A stretch of 64,000 bases of DNA from Lama guanicoe. Lineage: Eukaryota. The stretch lies in assembly GCA_013239625.1 (NCBI GenBank), contig MU053754.1, positions 431,379-495,378 on the forward strand, read 5' to 3'. The number at the start of each line of letters is the position of its first letter. Position 1 is the stretch's first letter. Below are positions 12,450-26,108 of the stretch, piece after piece. A model generated the notes under the pieces. It did not search any database, was not told where the DNA came from, and worked only from the letters and a program-made list of their open reading frames with translations. The position numbers were made by a program, and so were the translations under genes.

Positions 12450-13056
12450 CTCCCCGCCCTTGTTTCCCGCGCCTTCCGTATTTGCGCCGCATTTGCAGAC
12501 CCACCCGTGCCGCTGTGATATGTTTGTAACCGGAAGATCAATTCTGCAGGTACTTTCCGGCCCATTCTCGGACAGGCTCAGCTGGGGCTGGACAAGGTGG
12601 CGCTGCCTTCGGGTTTCAGCTCTCAGGCTCTAAGGAAGTGTCCCTTTTTTGGGCTATTTAGTGCCACGTTTTCACATTTGTGTGTCCTGGTGGTGTTTGT
12701 GTTGGGACCGACACCCGAGCACAGTCCTCGAGTGCCGTCTGGAAGTCCAAGAAGGCTGCGATGTGCTTTAGGGAGATAATAAGTGAGTTAGACAAACATC
12801 TTGCAGGCATGAACGTAGTGCGGATGGCCCCAAGGCCAATGTGGATAACTCAACTGTATCAACCCAGTAAGGTGCCTGGAAACAGAGACACCTTCCACAC
12901 AAGGTTCTCTGCTGACCAGTTGGTGACAGTGCTGTGACCAGAGGCGCCCAAAAACCTAACCTTGAAGCTCCCTAGAAGCAACAGGTCAGTACTGACTAAC
13001 TCAGCATTCATAATGACTTTATAGAACATGATTACAAGAATGGGGAGGACTGGCTA
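12450..13056 (-). mobile_element. MER82 (TcMar-Tigger non-autonomous element)
   Basis: tgtcccttttttgggctatttagtgccacgttttcacattt, caagaaggctgcgatgtgc, gtgaccagaggc...aacctaacc and gactttatagaacat match MER82 in reverse orientation. Confidence 0.8.
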
Positions 13057-13404
13057 TTTCAGGAGTCCAGGTTGGAGGCAGATGTTGTGGGGTGAGCAGT
13101 GGTTGAAGTTGGTCAAGTGACAATGTTTGACAGTGACAAAGCCAGTGACTTCCCCAGGCTTTGATGCTGAGTGTCAAGTTATAAAAGGATTCTTGCATTG
13201 GAGGACGAGAGAGTCACCTGAGGGTTTATGACAAAGGCAGCCTGTGTGAAGAAGGCAGTTTTGAACTGCATCTTGAAAGAATGGGTTAATGTACGTGAAT
13301 TTATTTAATCACAGACACATGTGTTTATGTGGGAATTGTGTATTCATGTGGCACAAGACAGTGCAGCTCAGAACACTTAGTAGCAAATTAGACTTACAGT
13401 ATGT

Positions 13405-14016
13405 CTTTAAATTGAACGACAGTTGATTTACAATATTGTGTTAGTTTCAGGTGTGTAGCAAAGTGATTCAGTTTTTTTATATATATGTATAATATATTTA
13501 TTCATATTATTTTCCATTGTAGTTATAAGATACTGAATATAGTTCCCTGTGCTACACAATAAATCCTTGTTGTTTATCTGTTTTATTTATAGTTGTTTGT
13601 ATCTTTTAGCTCCCACACTCCTAATTTATCCCTTTCCCCTTTCCCTCTTTGGCAACCATAGGTTTGTTTTCTCTGCCTGTGAGTCTGTTTCTGTTTTGTA
13701 TATAGATTCATTTCTTTTATTTTTTAGATTGCACATATAAGTGATATATAATATTTGTCTTTACCTGTCTAATCTAAGTAAGTATAATATTCTCTAGATA
13801 CATCCATGTTACTGCAAGTGGCAATATTTCATTCTTTTTCGTGGCTGAGTAATATTCCACTGTGTGTGTGTGTGTGTGTCTGTGTGTATGTGTATCTCAC
13901 ATCTTCTTATCCAATCATCTGTTAATGGACATTTATGTTGTTTTCATATCTTAGCTATTATAAATAGTTCTCCTGTGAATATTGGGGTGTGTGTATCTTT
14001 TTGAATTAGAATTTTC
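13405..14016 (-). mobile_element. 5'-truncated L1 3' end
   Basis: aattgaacgacagttgatttacaatattgtgttagtttcaggtgt...atagttccctgtgctac...atccatgttactgcaagtggcaatatttcattcttttt. Confidence 0.85.
13861..13893. repeat. Imperfect (TG)n microsatellite within L1
   Basis: tgtgtgtgtgtgtgtgtgtctgtgtgtatgtgt. Confidence 0.85.
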
Positions 14017-14834
14017 AAAACCTCTTAAGGAATTTTTAAGGGATATACTATGTGCACATCAGGAACCTTAGCCCTTACCCATAGCCTGGAAATATACTAA
14101 CTCACAATGAATCACAGATGCATGTGGTAACAAAGGCCTTGAGATTTAAAAAATACTGCAGCAGAAGTAATAAACGCATCAGAAATGAAGGTTCTGATGT
14201 AGGAGCACAGCCAGACTGCAGAAGTAAGGTGGTTTCTGCTGTCAGTCACTAGAGAAAATCTGGATGAGAGACCTAGTAATTTACAAATGCGTAAAACCAT
14301 CCCTGCGCTCCCTCCTTCCGTCTCTCCTTCCATGCAGTTCTTCAGTATTCATCCAGCCTTTCTGGTGTCTGATAGACAGCTCTACACCTAGGAGTCCTAT
14401 ACAGCTTAACATTCTACTGAGGTGAGGGGCATAGAATTATCAAGCGAAAATACGTGTCACAAGGTCTTTGCTTTAAAGGGGCTTAAATGCCGTGAGGGAA
14501 ATAAGCAGACGACGTGTTACAGGTTGGGGTGGGGTTAGGGCGAGTGTGGGCACTTTTATGTAAGATGCTTAGAGGAGCAAACCTTGAACAGTGCTGTTGA
14601 GGGCTAGGGAAATCAGTGGAAGTGTCGTTCTCTGCTAGGTGGTGTGTTCCTGGACAACCTCTGCCTGTAAAGAAGCAAACATAGACAATTTGTCCCTAAC
14701 TGGTATTTAGCTCTTATTTTAACAGTGGTTTTGCTTACTAGAGACTGCAGACCCAGTTGAGGCCAAGTGGTGGGACGCTTCAGTGATGAACTGGCGGCAC
14801 CTCCGGGTGGTCAGAGCTGACGTGCAAAGCCCAC

Positions 14835-14995
14835 TGCCTGACTCGGTGGTTTCCAGTAGAGTGTCCTCGGGCTTCATGCATCAGAATCACCTGGAGACCG
14901 TATTTAAAGGGCAGATTCCTGAGTCCCACCTCCTGGCAGTCTTATCATTAACAAGCACATGGAGGGACGATTTGGCACCTGGAAGTCTGAGCATC
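14835..14995. mobile_element. MER5-type fragment
   Basis: tgcatcagaatcacctggag...gcagattcctgagtcccacc. Confidence 0.5.
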
Positions 14996-17764
14996 ACTGA
15001 CTGTCTGGTTGGACGTTCGGAATTTCTGGTGTAAGGTTGAGGGGGGCATATCTGACTTTGGGTACAGCAGACACATCCCGTCTTCGTGAAAGCTGGCCAC
15101 ACTGGACCTCAGCACTTCCTTCAGGAGTGTCTTCGGCTTTCCAGACTCCCAGTTCTTGCGTTTCCAGGAAAACTCTTGCAATGTCAGCGTCAGGCCTTGG
15201 GGCCAGAAGTGGTAGCCAAGGCAAAGCTGTGCTGCCGCAGGAAAGGGCTGCCACCTTCCTAGAGTCTCGGTCTGCACACTGGAGTGGAGGGTCAAGGGCA
15301 CGTGAGCGCAGAAGCATGTTACCACCCTCCCAGCCCCGTGAAGTCAGGAAACAAGGCTCTGCACCAGATGTTGATGTTATGTTTCCCAGAAAGAAAAGGA
15401 CCGAAAGTGATCAAGTTCCTACTGTGGGCCAAAACAGCCTAAAATATTTCAAATCAAATCGATGAAATGCTCCCCAAAACAGTTTGAGGATAGCATTGCT
15501 GTCTGCATCCTCTAGGGAGAAACTACTTGATGAACAGAATAGAAATGCAAACCCAAATCTTGCTTTTGCCACAATTTCAGGTTAACTCTAAAGCCATTAT
15601 TTGAATATTTTAAATTCCTTTAAAAAAAAATTCAGAGCATTTCGTGGGCTCTTCATAGGCATGAACTAGGAAAGGCTCGCATTTGGCTTCCCTGAAGTAA
15701 CCTACCATCGTCCCTCATACCGTTTAATAACACGTTCTAATATTACGATATCACGGCTGAGTTCTTAAAAATGCATTTCATAACTTATATGGTGGTTTGT
15801 CAGTAGCGGCAGCCTTAAACAAGAGTTATAGGGACCTGTCTCAAGCCTTTAGGCATTTCATTATTGATGACCATAAAACTGGTAGACGATGTTTTGCCTA
15901 ATCATATTTCAAGTATCGTGTTCAATGAAAACATAGTTTTTAAACCTGTGGAAATGTCAGCAACACACAAAAATACATGTGAATAAGCTTTTCTATCTTG
16001 GTAATCTTTGGGTTTCTCTGCTCGAGAGTCACGTTAAATATCCCAAGCCAAAGATGAGTCATGGTACCTAATAATACAATGTCTGTCGTGTGACTCAAAG
16101 CACGGTTTTAACTGCGTTTGTTCACTTACGTCTTGTTTGCTTATTGTTCAAACAGTCCTATGCCCTGGAGTGAGGAGTCTGGCCATATTTTCATTAATTC
16201 ATTTTAATACATTTTTGAGAATCAACATTTCATATTGAATATTTAACACTGTTAATTTACAGTTCATGTTTGAACCTATTTGCCAAATGTATTACTGATG
16301 CTCCTGAAGAGAGGAACACAGGGTCACACGGACGAACTTGAAATACACATGTTCAGTGCTTAGATACTTCAGATCAAGACATACACGGAGCGGTCCGTGT
16401 GAACAGAGAAATGCCTCCTTCAGTGCTGAAGTGTTAAACCGACAAGGTTAACAGTCGCTAAGATCAAACATTCAACTTACCATACACCTTGAATTTAGAG
16501 AAATGGAGTTAATTCAGTTTGGGCAAATACACAGTTTCTGTTTTTGTTATTACGTAGTCATTCCTGCTGACCTCTGAATCGCCACTCGTGTACTTGAATT
16601 TAAGACAAATAAGTGATCCTGAATTGTACTGTTTTCTACTTTCATTAAAACATTGAGATCTTAATGATACAGAATTGAATATATTGAATATTTACCAATT
16701 TGTAATCAAACCATATTTAAATATGTTTGGAGCATATAGTATGTGACTTAATTACTCTAGTGCCTCCGTGTGTAGGTATATATACATACATACATAAGCA
16801 TGTATGCGTGTATGTGCTTACATATAGGACATATGTACCTTTAAATTCATACATATGTAAGATAGAAACATTTTTTAAAATTATGCTCCACCATGAAGCT
16901 CTGACCGTTATTTGTATGGAATCTAAAGGATCAGATTCATTTATATTGCATACATAATTCACTTAAAAACTTTCCATTTAAATCAGTACATAGTACATTG
17001 CACTCACAGAATTTAAAAGTCTTACATGATTTTAAACATTAATTCCCTTACTACACAGCAAACATCCACTAGAGAATGTCTTAGACGCCCGCGGTTAACT
17101 GTACAGTGTAAACTCAATGAAACTTAATAAAAGAGTATCTTACAGACAACAGAATTAATTTCTATTAACTATTTAAGTGTATAGTCCGTGGCTCATCATA
17201 AACCATACAAAAGCCTGATACCCTGGAGCAGAGAGAGGCACACAGTATACCCGCCCTAACGCAAGTTTTATTAACTGCCTTTCCCTCCGGAGGAATACAG
17301 TGGGCGAATTAATGAAATCGACTTCTATTACTGATTCATTGCATTTAAAATGAAGAAGCAACACTGGATATTCAGGAGTTTAAGTGGAAAGTAGACTGGG
17401 AATTGTACAGTCACTTATGAAGACAAAGTAGAGGAGGGTGGTTCCTGACGGTGGCGATTTTCCAGAGGGCGAAGGGGTGGGCGCCCGGGGCCAGGGTACT
17501 ACAGCCCAGAAGCATCAAAGCCTTCGCCCGATGTGTTTGGCACAAAGTCCAGGATGCCTGTGGGAAACCCAACGGACTGTTAGCTGCCCCCGGGGGCATC
17601 CAACCAACTGGGCTGCTGGTCCAGACCCTTCCAGAACTGGGGCACTGCACTTTGTCCAGTGGTTTCCCATGAAGTTGGGGAATCGATCGTTTGAAGCCTC
17701 CTCGCTTGGCAAAAATTAATCAGAGGCAACACATAGCACACACGTGCATTTCTATATAATCAAA

Positions 17765-18040
17765 GCATCAGAGACAAAATCACAACAGAAATTACAAAAT
17801 ATTTGGAACTGAGTAACAAAGAATTACATATAATAATTTGTGGGATGTAACTGAAACAATATTTACCAGAAAATGTATTGCCATGAATAAATATATTAGC
17901 AAATAAGTAATTTGAAAATCAGTGAGCTTAGTTCTTTTTTGAGAAATTGGAAATTGGAAACAAGTTTTTAGAAAAGAAAAAAATAATGTGTTAGAATTGA
18001 AATGAATGATTTTGTAAAACGGAGCTGATCAAATTAGACA
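17765..18040 (+). mobile_element. Ancient L1 ORF2 fragment
   Basis: aaatcacaacagaaattacaaaatatttggaactgagt...acatataataatttgtgggatgtaactgaaaca resembles L1 ORF2 just after the endonuclease domain. Confidence 0.6.
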
Positions 18041-18215
18041 AGTGTACCCATACAGTAAGGTCTCTGTAACTGTGAGCTATTATTAGTCATTTAAATGTAG
18101 GGGGTAATGGAAACCTTTTATCTACTTAGGATCTGGAGATCTGTTTTCTAGCTCTTTTTATTGAAGTGACTAGGTTTTGTGCTGTTTGTGTTAAGTCATC
18201 GCGCTCTTCTGAATC

Positions 18216-18372
18216 TTTTTTTTTTTTTACATTTTTTATTGATTCATAATCATTTTACAGTGTTGTGTCAAATTCCAGTGTTCAGCACAATTTTTCAGTC
18301 ATTCATGGACATATACACACTCATTGTCACATTTTTTTCTCTGTGATTTATCATAACATTTTGTGTATATTT
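18216..18372 (-). mobile_element. Young camelid-type L1 3' terminus (~155 bp)
   Basis: Poly-T plus acattttttattgattcataatcattttacagtgttgtgtcaaattccagtgttcagcacaattttt. Its reverse complement aligns by eye with the 3' end of the L1 at 59860-60007. Confidence 0.85.
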
Positions 18373-19636
18373 AGTGAGTGAGAGAGAGCAGATACACTGA
18401 ATGATGGGATGGACCCATGGGTAGATGGGTGGGTGGTTCATGGTGTGTACAGACATACTTAAAAAAAAATGATGGTAATCCCTTCAGAGAAATACTGGTT
18501 TGGACAAAGCCTCTGCTGCCAGGTCTTACGTCCCCTGATCCCTTGACTACCGCCCTGATCAAGAACCTTCTAGCCCCCGTTCAGAACATCAAGACAAGCG
18601 CTAGAGAGTTTAGCCTCTTTCACTGGGATGGGGTTTGAGGGCTCAGAAAACCCTTCCACGCCTCCTGCTGGGCAGGCGCGCTAGGCTTGTTTGAAATGCA
18701 GCCACTTCCCTAAATTTAGGCAAGAGTGGATGTGATGAAAATGCAAAGGTTATTAAACCTCCTCTTAAATTAGACTGTTTTGGTTTGGTTTGGTTACCTG
18801 ACACTGCATCCAGCTAAACACAGAGTTTGACCAAAAACCACCAGAAAATAATCAGTGCTTCGCAGGGGAGGGGATCTCTGAGGAGGTGGAACTTTGTGAG
18901 GGCATCAGGGAAAGGGAACTGGGCAATGTTACAAAGAGAGGTCAAAAAAGCTGATGGAACTGCTGTGCAGTTTCGCCTTTCTCATTTTGTGAGAACACTC
19001 CTGATGAACGTAAAATCCATACAAAATAATGAAGTCCTAAGAAGGTACGTGCACAGGTGAAAAGGGAGCTTCCCAGCCTGGCATCTTCAAGGAGTCCCCT
19101 TTACAAGGCTAAAGGAAACGACCAGCACATGAAGCGGAAGGCATGCTTGGAAGGATCAAGGATGACTCTGTAAAGCACGTGCCTCGAGGATGACAAATAA
19201 AGACGATGAAGTGAAGGGATGGGTCGGACTGATGAAAAAGAAGCCGAGAAGTCGAGGGGGCTCAGGATGGGGTGAAGGTGCTCAAAATGATTCTAAGACC
19301 AGCATTAAAAGGGGTTTTTTCTAAGTGTTAGAACATGCATAGGAGGTTTACAGAGGTTTTTATCAGGATCTAAAGGGACTGCAATGGAAATAAAGTTTCC
19401 ATTTCGTGTGGTGGGCACGCATGTATGTTTAGAGAGGACGATCAGAACATTCTGGGCCAGCCTGTCATAAACCCTACTGTATTCTTTACCATCATAAAAT
19501 ACAGCACGTCAGGTGCCTTCTCCATGAACATAGTTGCAGTGTCCTGAAGTTGAGATGCCCTCCGGTTGTCAGATTCATCCACAGACTCGGACCCGTGAAC
19601 ATTTATGGAAATGCCTGAAAGAGCCCAGTTGTCTAC

Positions 19637-20175
19637 TTTTCTTAATTGAAGTATAATCAGTTTACAATATTGTGTCAGTTTCTGGTGTACAGCATCATGT
19701 TTCAGTCACATATATATACATGCATACATACATATTTGTTTTCATATTCTCCCTCATTATAGGTTACCACAAGATAGTGAATGTAGTTCCCTGTGATACA
19801 CAGTATAAACTTGTTGTTTATCTCTTACATATAGTAGTTAGTAGGTACAAATCTCAAACTCCCAATTTATCCCTTCCCACCCCCTTTTCCTCAGCAACCA
19901 TAAGCTCATTTACTGTGTTTGTGAATCTGTCTCTGTTTTGTAGATGAGTTCATTAGTGTCTTTTTTTTTTTAGATTCCACATTATGAGTGATATCATATG
20001 GTATTTGCCTTTCTCTGTCTTCACTCAGAATGGCGATCTCTAGGTCCATGCATGTTGCTGCCAATGGCATTACTTCATTCTTTTTTATGGCTGAATAATA
20101 TTACTTTGCATAAATATACTACACCTTCTTTGTCCAGTAATCTGTCGGTGGACATTTAGGTTGTTTCCATGTCTT
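19637..20175 (-). mobile_element. 5'-truncated L1 3' end
   Basis: ttaattgaagtataatcagtttacaatattgtgtcagtttctggtgtacagc...ggacatttaggttgtttccatgtctt. TSD gagcccagttgtct / gagcctggttgtct. Confidence 0.85.
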
Positions 20176-20202
20176 GAGCCTGGTTGTCTGTTGATGAAAC
20201 AC

Positions 20203-20343
20203 TTTTTTTTTGTAGGCAGGGGTAATTAGTTTTTTTTACTCACTTACTTATTTATTTAGTTTTGATGGAGGTACTGGGGATTGAAGGTAAGACGTCATGC
20301 ATGCTAAGCATGCGCTCTGCCACCTGAGCAACACCCTCCCCCC
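20203..20343 (-). mobile_element. Vic-1-like SINE
   Basis: Reverse complement reads ggggggagggtgttgctcaggtggcagagcgcatgcttagcatgcatgac...ttcaatccccagtacctcc. TSD gatgaaacacttt / gatgaagcacttt. Confidence 0.85.
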
Positions 20344-21582
20344 GATGAAGCACTTTCAATACCTCGTGTGAACAGAGAGCACACAGTTGGACATGTCTTC
20401 TCACGACCTCACACTGACTCAAATCCCCAGGGTTCTGAGAGGCAGGCACTCATCTCACTCTGCCATGAGAACGTCAAGGGTCAGGGAGGCTAATAAAGGG
20501 CAGAGTTGTCTCCATGCCTGTTCACTCTGTATCCAGCATCCTTCCCTCCTTTCTGTAAGTGTGGAAACACAGCAGGTATCCCCCAGACGTCTCCTGTGAA
20601 GTCAGTCCTGCGGGGTACCCTGATGTACCTGTCTGGGAAGTAAATGCGCAAGACTGGGAATTTGCTTTTCTGCTCAACTGCCCCACCTTCAGAGCCCTGC
20701 TAATAACAAAAATACCTAAGATGCGTCGTGCTCCGAGAATTCTGTAAATTAACATGCGCCGTGTTCCCGGAAACGCACTTCCCACACAGAGCAGGCCTCC
20801 ACCGTGATTCCTGATGTGGAGATGGTATTGTTACCAGGGACGGCGACACGTTTTTCCTGGGAGATGGAATGCTCATTTGTGAGGCATCTGCAGTCTGTAA
20901 CAAAGCCTTTTTGTTGGTTCCCACGGGAAGCAGGGAGATACCTGTATTGGTGAGCAGGCAGGAAGGTCCAGTTAAGCTGCCTGTCCCTGCCCTCGTGTTC
21001 TCAGGGCCTCCTGCGTCAGCAGCACACGCACACACATGCACGCACACACATTCACTCAGCACACTCTCTGCCGCGTACCCGGAAGGATACATCCTACCAG
21101 TCAGGGACGCCGTCCTCCTGGCAACAGGAAGGAGAAGCGAGGAGGAGGTCCGCTCGGCCGTGCCAGGACTGGTCCTTCCGAGCCACATGCCGGCAATGCA
21201 GTCTTTGGCACGTCCACTTGGAGGCCATCGAGCCGTGGGAACCACTCCTCCTCCTGGCATGTCATCCCCATGGGGGTGCTGACCCCTCCCCAGGGACATG
21301 GGTAGCGCACACCCGCATGAGTGATCACTCCCAGGTTCAGCGTGCGGCATGAGTAAATGCTGGTGTTCAGTCGGGATGGCTAACAGCAGATTAGCAGGGG
21401 CCAACAGGAGGGGCCCGGGGAGTGGGCGGCCGGCCACAGCGGCCACCTCACAGCAGCCTCTGAGCTCACAGAGACCTCCGTGTCAGGAGGGTAAAGCAGG
21501 AACTCCAGGGCGGGGACCGCACCGATGGCTCTCCTGCCTGGCTGCCACCTGCTCACTTCTGGGAGGCGCCAAGGAACGGAGT

Positions 21583-22300
21583 CATCCATTGGCTCAATAA
21601 ATATTTGAGAGGTACATCCTCTGTATATGCCTGTGGGTGGGTAAGTGGTTTTAGGTGCTGGAAAGGAAGAGCGAGTGAGACCCACAAGGCTCCTTGTCAC
21701 ATGGAGCTGACATTTGCAGGGATGGGGGACCGATGGTACACAGATGCAGGAGCAGATGAGATACTACGGGCTGAAATCAGGCACAACGAAGAAGATGAAG
21801 GAGAGTGATGGAGAGAGGGTGACGTTTTTATCAGCTGCTCTGTAGAAAATGGAAGAGAATGAGGACCTGGTGGGAGCTGGCGCAGGAAGGGAGTGGTGGA
21901 TGCGACATGTGGACTGAAGGATAGAATGGTTAGGAGGAACCAACCTTGGAAAAGAAATGTGGGGATTGTGTCTCTCTAGCATGAGGACCAGGAAGTGCCA
22001 CGGTGCACAGACAGACTTCGGGAGGTTCCAGAAAGGTCCAGAGGGCTCAGGGTGTGAGGCAGGGAGAGGAAGGTTGTGGGAGATGCGCTCAGAGAGGTAG
22101 CGGCGCCGGTTCAGGTGGCTGATCGCCTGGGGGAGGAGTTGGGTTTTATTCAAATCAGGACGGGGGCCCATGGGAGGTTGAGGGACGGTCGCATAAAAAC
22201 AACCCCCTTTATAATCTTAGGGGATCAGTCTGGACGATGGACTGGAGTGGGTGTGGGAGGCGCACGGAGAGAAACAGAAGGACTTGGCAGGGTTGGGAGA
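21583..22300 (-). mobile_element. Degraded L2 3' region
   Basis: catccattggctcaataaatatttgag...taggtgctgg...catggagctgacatt resembles the antisense L2 3' end, followed by purine-rich L2-like sequence. Confidence 0.5.
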
Positions 22301-24578
22301 GAGTCAGGCAGACAAAAGGGTAAATTAAGGAGACATGGCAGGAAGCCATCGACTCACAGCCCGTTTGTGAGACAGAGATGACCACTTGCTCTTGGCTGGG
22401 ATACAGGCTGTGAGTAGATTATTTAGGGAAGTGCTCTTCCGAAAGAAGTATAAAATAAAAGAAAGGTAACTGAAGGACTACAAACCCAGTCCTAAACAGT
22501 TGCCAGCATCAGGGCTAATGGTTCCCCCTGGCGTCTCCATCACTTCCCCCCTCCCTGCCATGAGCGGTCACTCATTAAAGGGCCTTAGATCTAAAACACT
22601 GGCCTTGAACAGCGTAAAGCTGGGAGCTAGTCAAAGGGAAAGCTTCTCTTGGGAACGTTTCTGATCATGCTGGGCTAAAATTGCTCCTGTTTAATTTTTT
22701 TTAAAGGTGAATGAAATTGAAAGTTCATGCCCAATAATTTAATGGACATATCAAAATAGGGTGTTTTTTCCCCCTTCTTTTTATTCTTTGTGTGAACACA
22801 GCCACTTTATATATGACAAGATGCCTTGCCATCTGTGAACGGACCACTCTGTAACGCTGGCTCCCCTTTCTTGGCATTTTGTAAAGATGAGCTCAGATAT
22901 TCTCAGCTATTAGGTGGTAGTCTGTTATCTCACTTCCTGGAGTGGCTCAGGTGCTAGTTTTTAATTTCTAATTTGCCATTCCCATCCCCACCTTTTCCGT
23001 GTGTTTCATTCTGCGCATTCAACTATTGTAAAATGATTTCCTCTTGCCTAGTCTGGGGCAGAGATTTGTAGCAATTTTGCTTTTTTTTTTGTTTGTTTGT
23101 TTTTAAGATCGGCTCTTCCCAGAAGGCAGTTGGCTGTCATTTAGAGAACTTGGCCTCTGACGGAGAGTCGCATGTGCTTAGCATAAGGACATTTCCATTG
23201 CTGTTCCTGAAGTTAATGCCGTGTGAGCTCCAGCGGCCACGCCGATGACATGGAGTGTGAGGTATGAATCATTTCCATTTTGAGTTTTTTTCAATGTGTC
23301 AAAAAAGGACGAGGAAGTATTGCTGTGCTGCTGACAGAACCAGAAACTTTTTCAGAAGATGAGGATGAGAATGTCCTTCTTATGTTCTGCATTCAGAGAG
23401 GGGGGCAGTTTGGGGGTGAATATCATTAATCCTCTGGCTCCGGCAGAGAATACCAATTTGAATAAGGGAGGAAAGGAACCTGTCCTGCAGTCGCATATGC
23501 CATTGTCAGGAGTGAGTCACCCAGCTACCTCTGCATCTGCAGCCTCTCACTGTAGGGATTAAAAACGGAGAAAGACACTGAAAAATCGTGCTGTCGGTCT
23601 CCTTCCTCCCTGGCAAACTGCTTCCCCAAATACCAGCTCGAGAAAGTTCTAAAAACAGCAGCAAGATCAAAATCTATTGTTGCAGAAGAAATGTAGTTCC
23701 TGGTTAGACAGAAATGTCTGGCTACGGGGCGGATGGGGGTGGGGGGAGAGCTTCACTTGAGGTGTTGATGCTTGAACGTGTGCAGTCTTTCTGGCGTCAG
23801 CAGAGATTATCGGGGTATCAGGCATGCACACTTCCTGGACCTTCCAGAACGTGTCTCCTGAGAGACAGCTGGATATTCTCTGCCCGTCTTTTTTCTACAG
23901 AATCTCTCTGTAGAGAGATTCCTGTATGAGTAGAGGTTTTGTAATTTGCAGATGCATTATTGTACATATCTGTCGCTCATAACAGCCCACACAACAAAAC
24001 ATTCCTTGAATTTTAGTTTGGGAGTTGGCCAGGGGCTCAGGGGAAGGAAGAGATGTGTTTCTGCAAATAAATGTGTGTTTTCTCTTATGAGCAAAAGAAA
24101 ATAGGAGAGCAATGAATCTCTTTGGCTTCTCTTGCAATACATGTCAACCTAAATTCTCCACCCAAGCTGCTCAGGGAACTGAAGTCTGCATTCCTGGGAG
24201 CACCGAGTTCCACCAGGGTTTCTGATGGGTTGCGTCCTGATTTATTCTTTTTGTTTTCATTTTGGGCTTTGTCTTCGTCTGGGAGTTGGCGCATCACGTT
24301 ATGTTTGTCAGCGTATATGGGCATCGAATGAACGGACGTGACTGTCTTTTATTGAGGCTGTTAATGGCTTGTCTCCCTGAGAGTCTCAGGTTTCTTGGGG
24401 GTGTCCAGAGTCCTTTCCTCGGTTCTGTTGAGGCTACAATTCTGGGACATAAAGCAGCCTCCCTGTCAAACCCATCCGTGGGCATCCCACAGTGGACCGT
24501 GTTTCTTTCCTGAGATGACTCAGCAGAAGGGGAGACACCTACATAATTCTGTCTCAGGGGTCAGTGACACGTCACATC

Positions 24579-25020
24579 TGTGAAGGGTAATGACACCAAG
24601 GAAGAAGAAACATGTGCAAAAACTATATTCAGAATGTGGATGAAAAACACTGCCTGCCGTATCAGTAAACAAAGGATGCTGTGGCTCCCAAACCATCAGC
24701 CACCACCGCCACCCTGACAGCGAGCCGGAGCCAGCTCAGGAGGCCAGCAGGCCGCCAGGCCTCTGCTTCCACCCTCAAGGGTGCCCCGAGGGACTCGGGG
24801 TGTGAATGAACAGGATACTGGCCCTGGACAGCTAGGCGCGTATCAAAGAATGGTTTCAGTGAGCTTGACCCTTTGCACCTTCCCACACACAGAAAAGTGC
24901 TAAGGTCCTTCACTTGAGATATCTGGCTAACTCACTGTAATCTCTGGATCTTCCAACTACCTGGTCTTTGTTGCAAAAACTCATGTATATCGTGGCTCCT
25001 CCTCTGCTGCTTTGAAGGAC
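24579..25020 (+). mobile_element. ERV1-like LTR (cetartiodactyl type), partial
   Basis: Starts tgtgaaggg; contains gccgtatcagtaaacaaaggatgctg, aacaggatactggccctggacagctaggcgcgtatcaaag and ggtctttgttgcaaaaactcatgtatatcgtggctcc. Confidence 0.65.
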
Positions 25021-25029
25021 ACCCCTCTG

Positions 25030-25730
25030 TCCCAGTGTCTCCATCTCGGTAAACAGCCTGAGGACCCAGCTTTACGCATCTGATTCCTTTCTCTCGTCCC
25101 CCTTCCATTCACAGACTATTAATAATCCTTGTCAACTCTCCTTTTAAGTTCCAACCCAGCTCTATCCAATTGCCTTCATTTCTACTGGCGATACTTTCCC
25201 AGGCCTCCGTCATTTCATCTTTGTTGTTACGAGAGCTTCCTCGCGGTCTCCCAGCCACCACTCTTCCTCTTGATACAACTCAGGATCCATTTACCAAGAA
25301 TTCCATGGTTTGGGTTGTGACTTACCACTCCTGCTCAGAACGTCTAGTCCTTCCAATCACATTTCAGTGGAAGCAGAACCGACAGTCTGGCCTGAAGGGC
25401 CTTAGGTGACGTCCTTTAGTGCCCTCTCCAGGGTCACCCCCACCCCCCACCTCTCCAACATGACCTTTCAGCTCCACTGGCTGCTGCTTCAGTTCCTCAG
25501 ACACGCTCCACTAACTCCTACAGAGCTGCTCCCTCTGCCTGGAATAATCTTCCCCGGTACGTCTACATGTCTTGAGTCCTTCTTAACTTCAGGTGTTAGT
25601 TTCGGTGTCACTTCAAAAAAGCCAGGCCTAGGCATACAATATGAAGGAACCCTACCACTCAGCCTCCGGAACATTTTCCTGGTTGGTTTTCTTCATAGCA
25701 CCTGTCATTCACTCTTCATTTGACTTTGAT
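25030..25730 (+). mobile_element. Degraded L2 fragment
   Basis: Pyrimidine-rich, with cagctccactggctgctgcttcagttcctcagacac and ccctctgcctggaataatcttccc, typical of L2. Confidence 0.55.
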
Positions 25731-25927
25731 CAAGAGATCTCATTTTCTTGCTGTTTAAAAAGGCATAATAATATTTCATAAAGGTGTTTTCAAGGTTAAC
25801 GGAGTTCATACATGTCAGCTAATTAGAACATTGTTCACACAGGCAACCAGGATATCTGGTTTTACACACAGCCTTCAATAAATAGTACCTGCCTAATATT
25901 AACTATCATCTTATCAAGGATATGAAC

Positions 25928-26108
25928 TATTTTTTTTTTAATTAGAGCAAAGTTGATTTGCAATGTTATATTAGTTTTAAGGGTAGAACATAGAGGTTTA
26001 TATTTTTAAAGATTAAACTCCATTCAAAGTTACTATAAAATACTGGTTCTATTCCCTGGAATGTACACTATATCCTTGTATCTTATTTATTTTATACCTA
26101 GTAGTTTG
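25928..26108 (-). mobile_element. Short L1 3' terminus
   Basis: Poly-T, then aattagagcaaagttgatttgcaatgttatattagttt...tatccttgtatcttatttattttatacctagtagtttg. Confidence 0.7.

Noticed and set aside
20700..21446. Longest ORF in the track (248 aa, minus strand)
   Set aside because: GC-rich, crosses a CA/TG microsatellite-like stretch, has no recognisable domain and no convincing exon structure.
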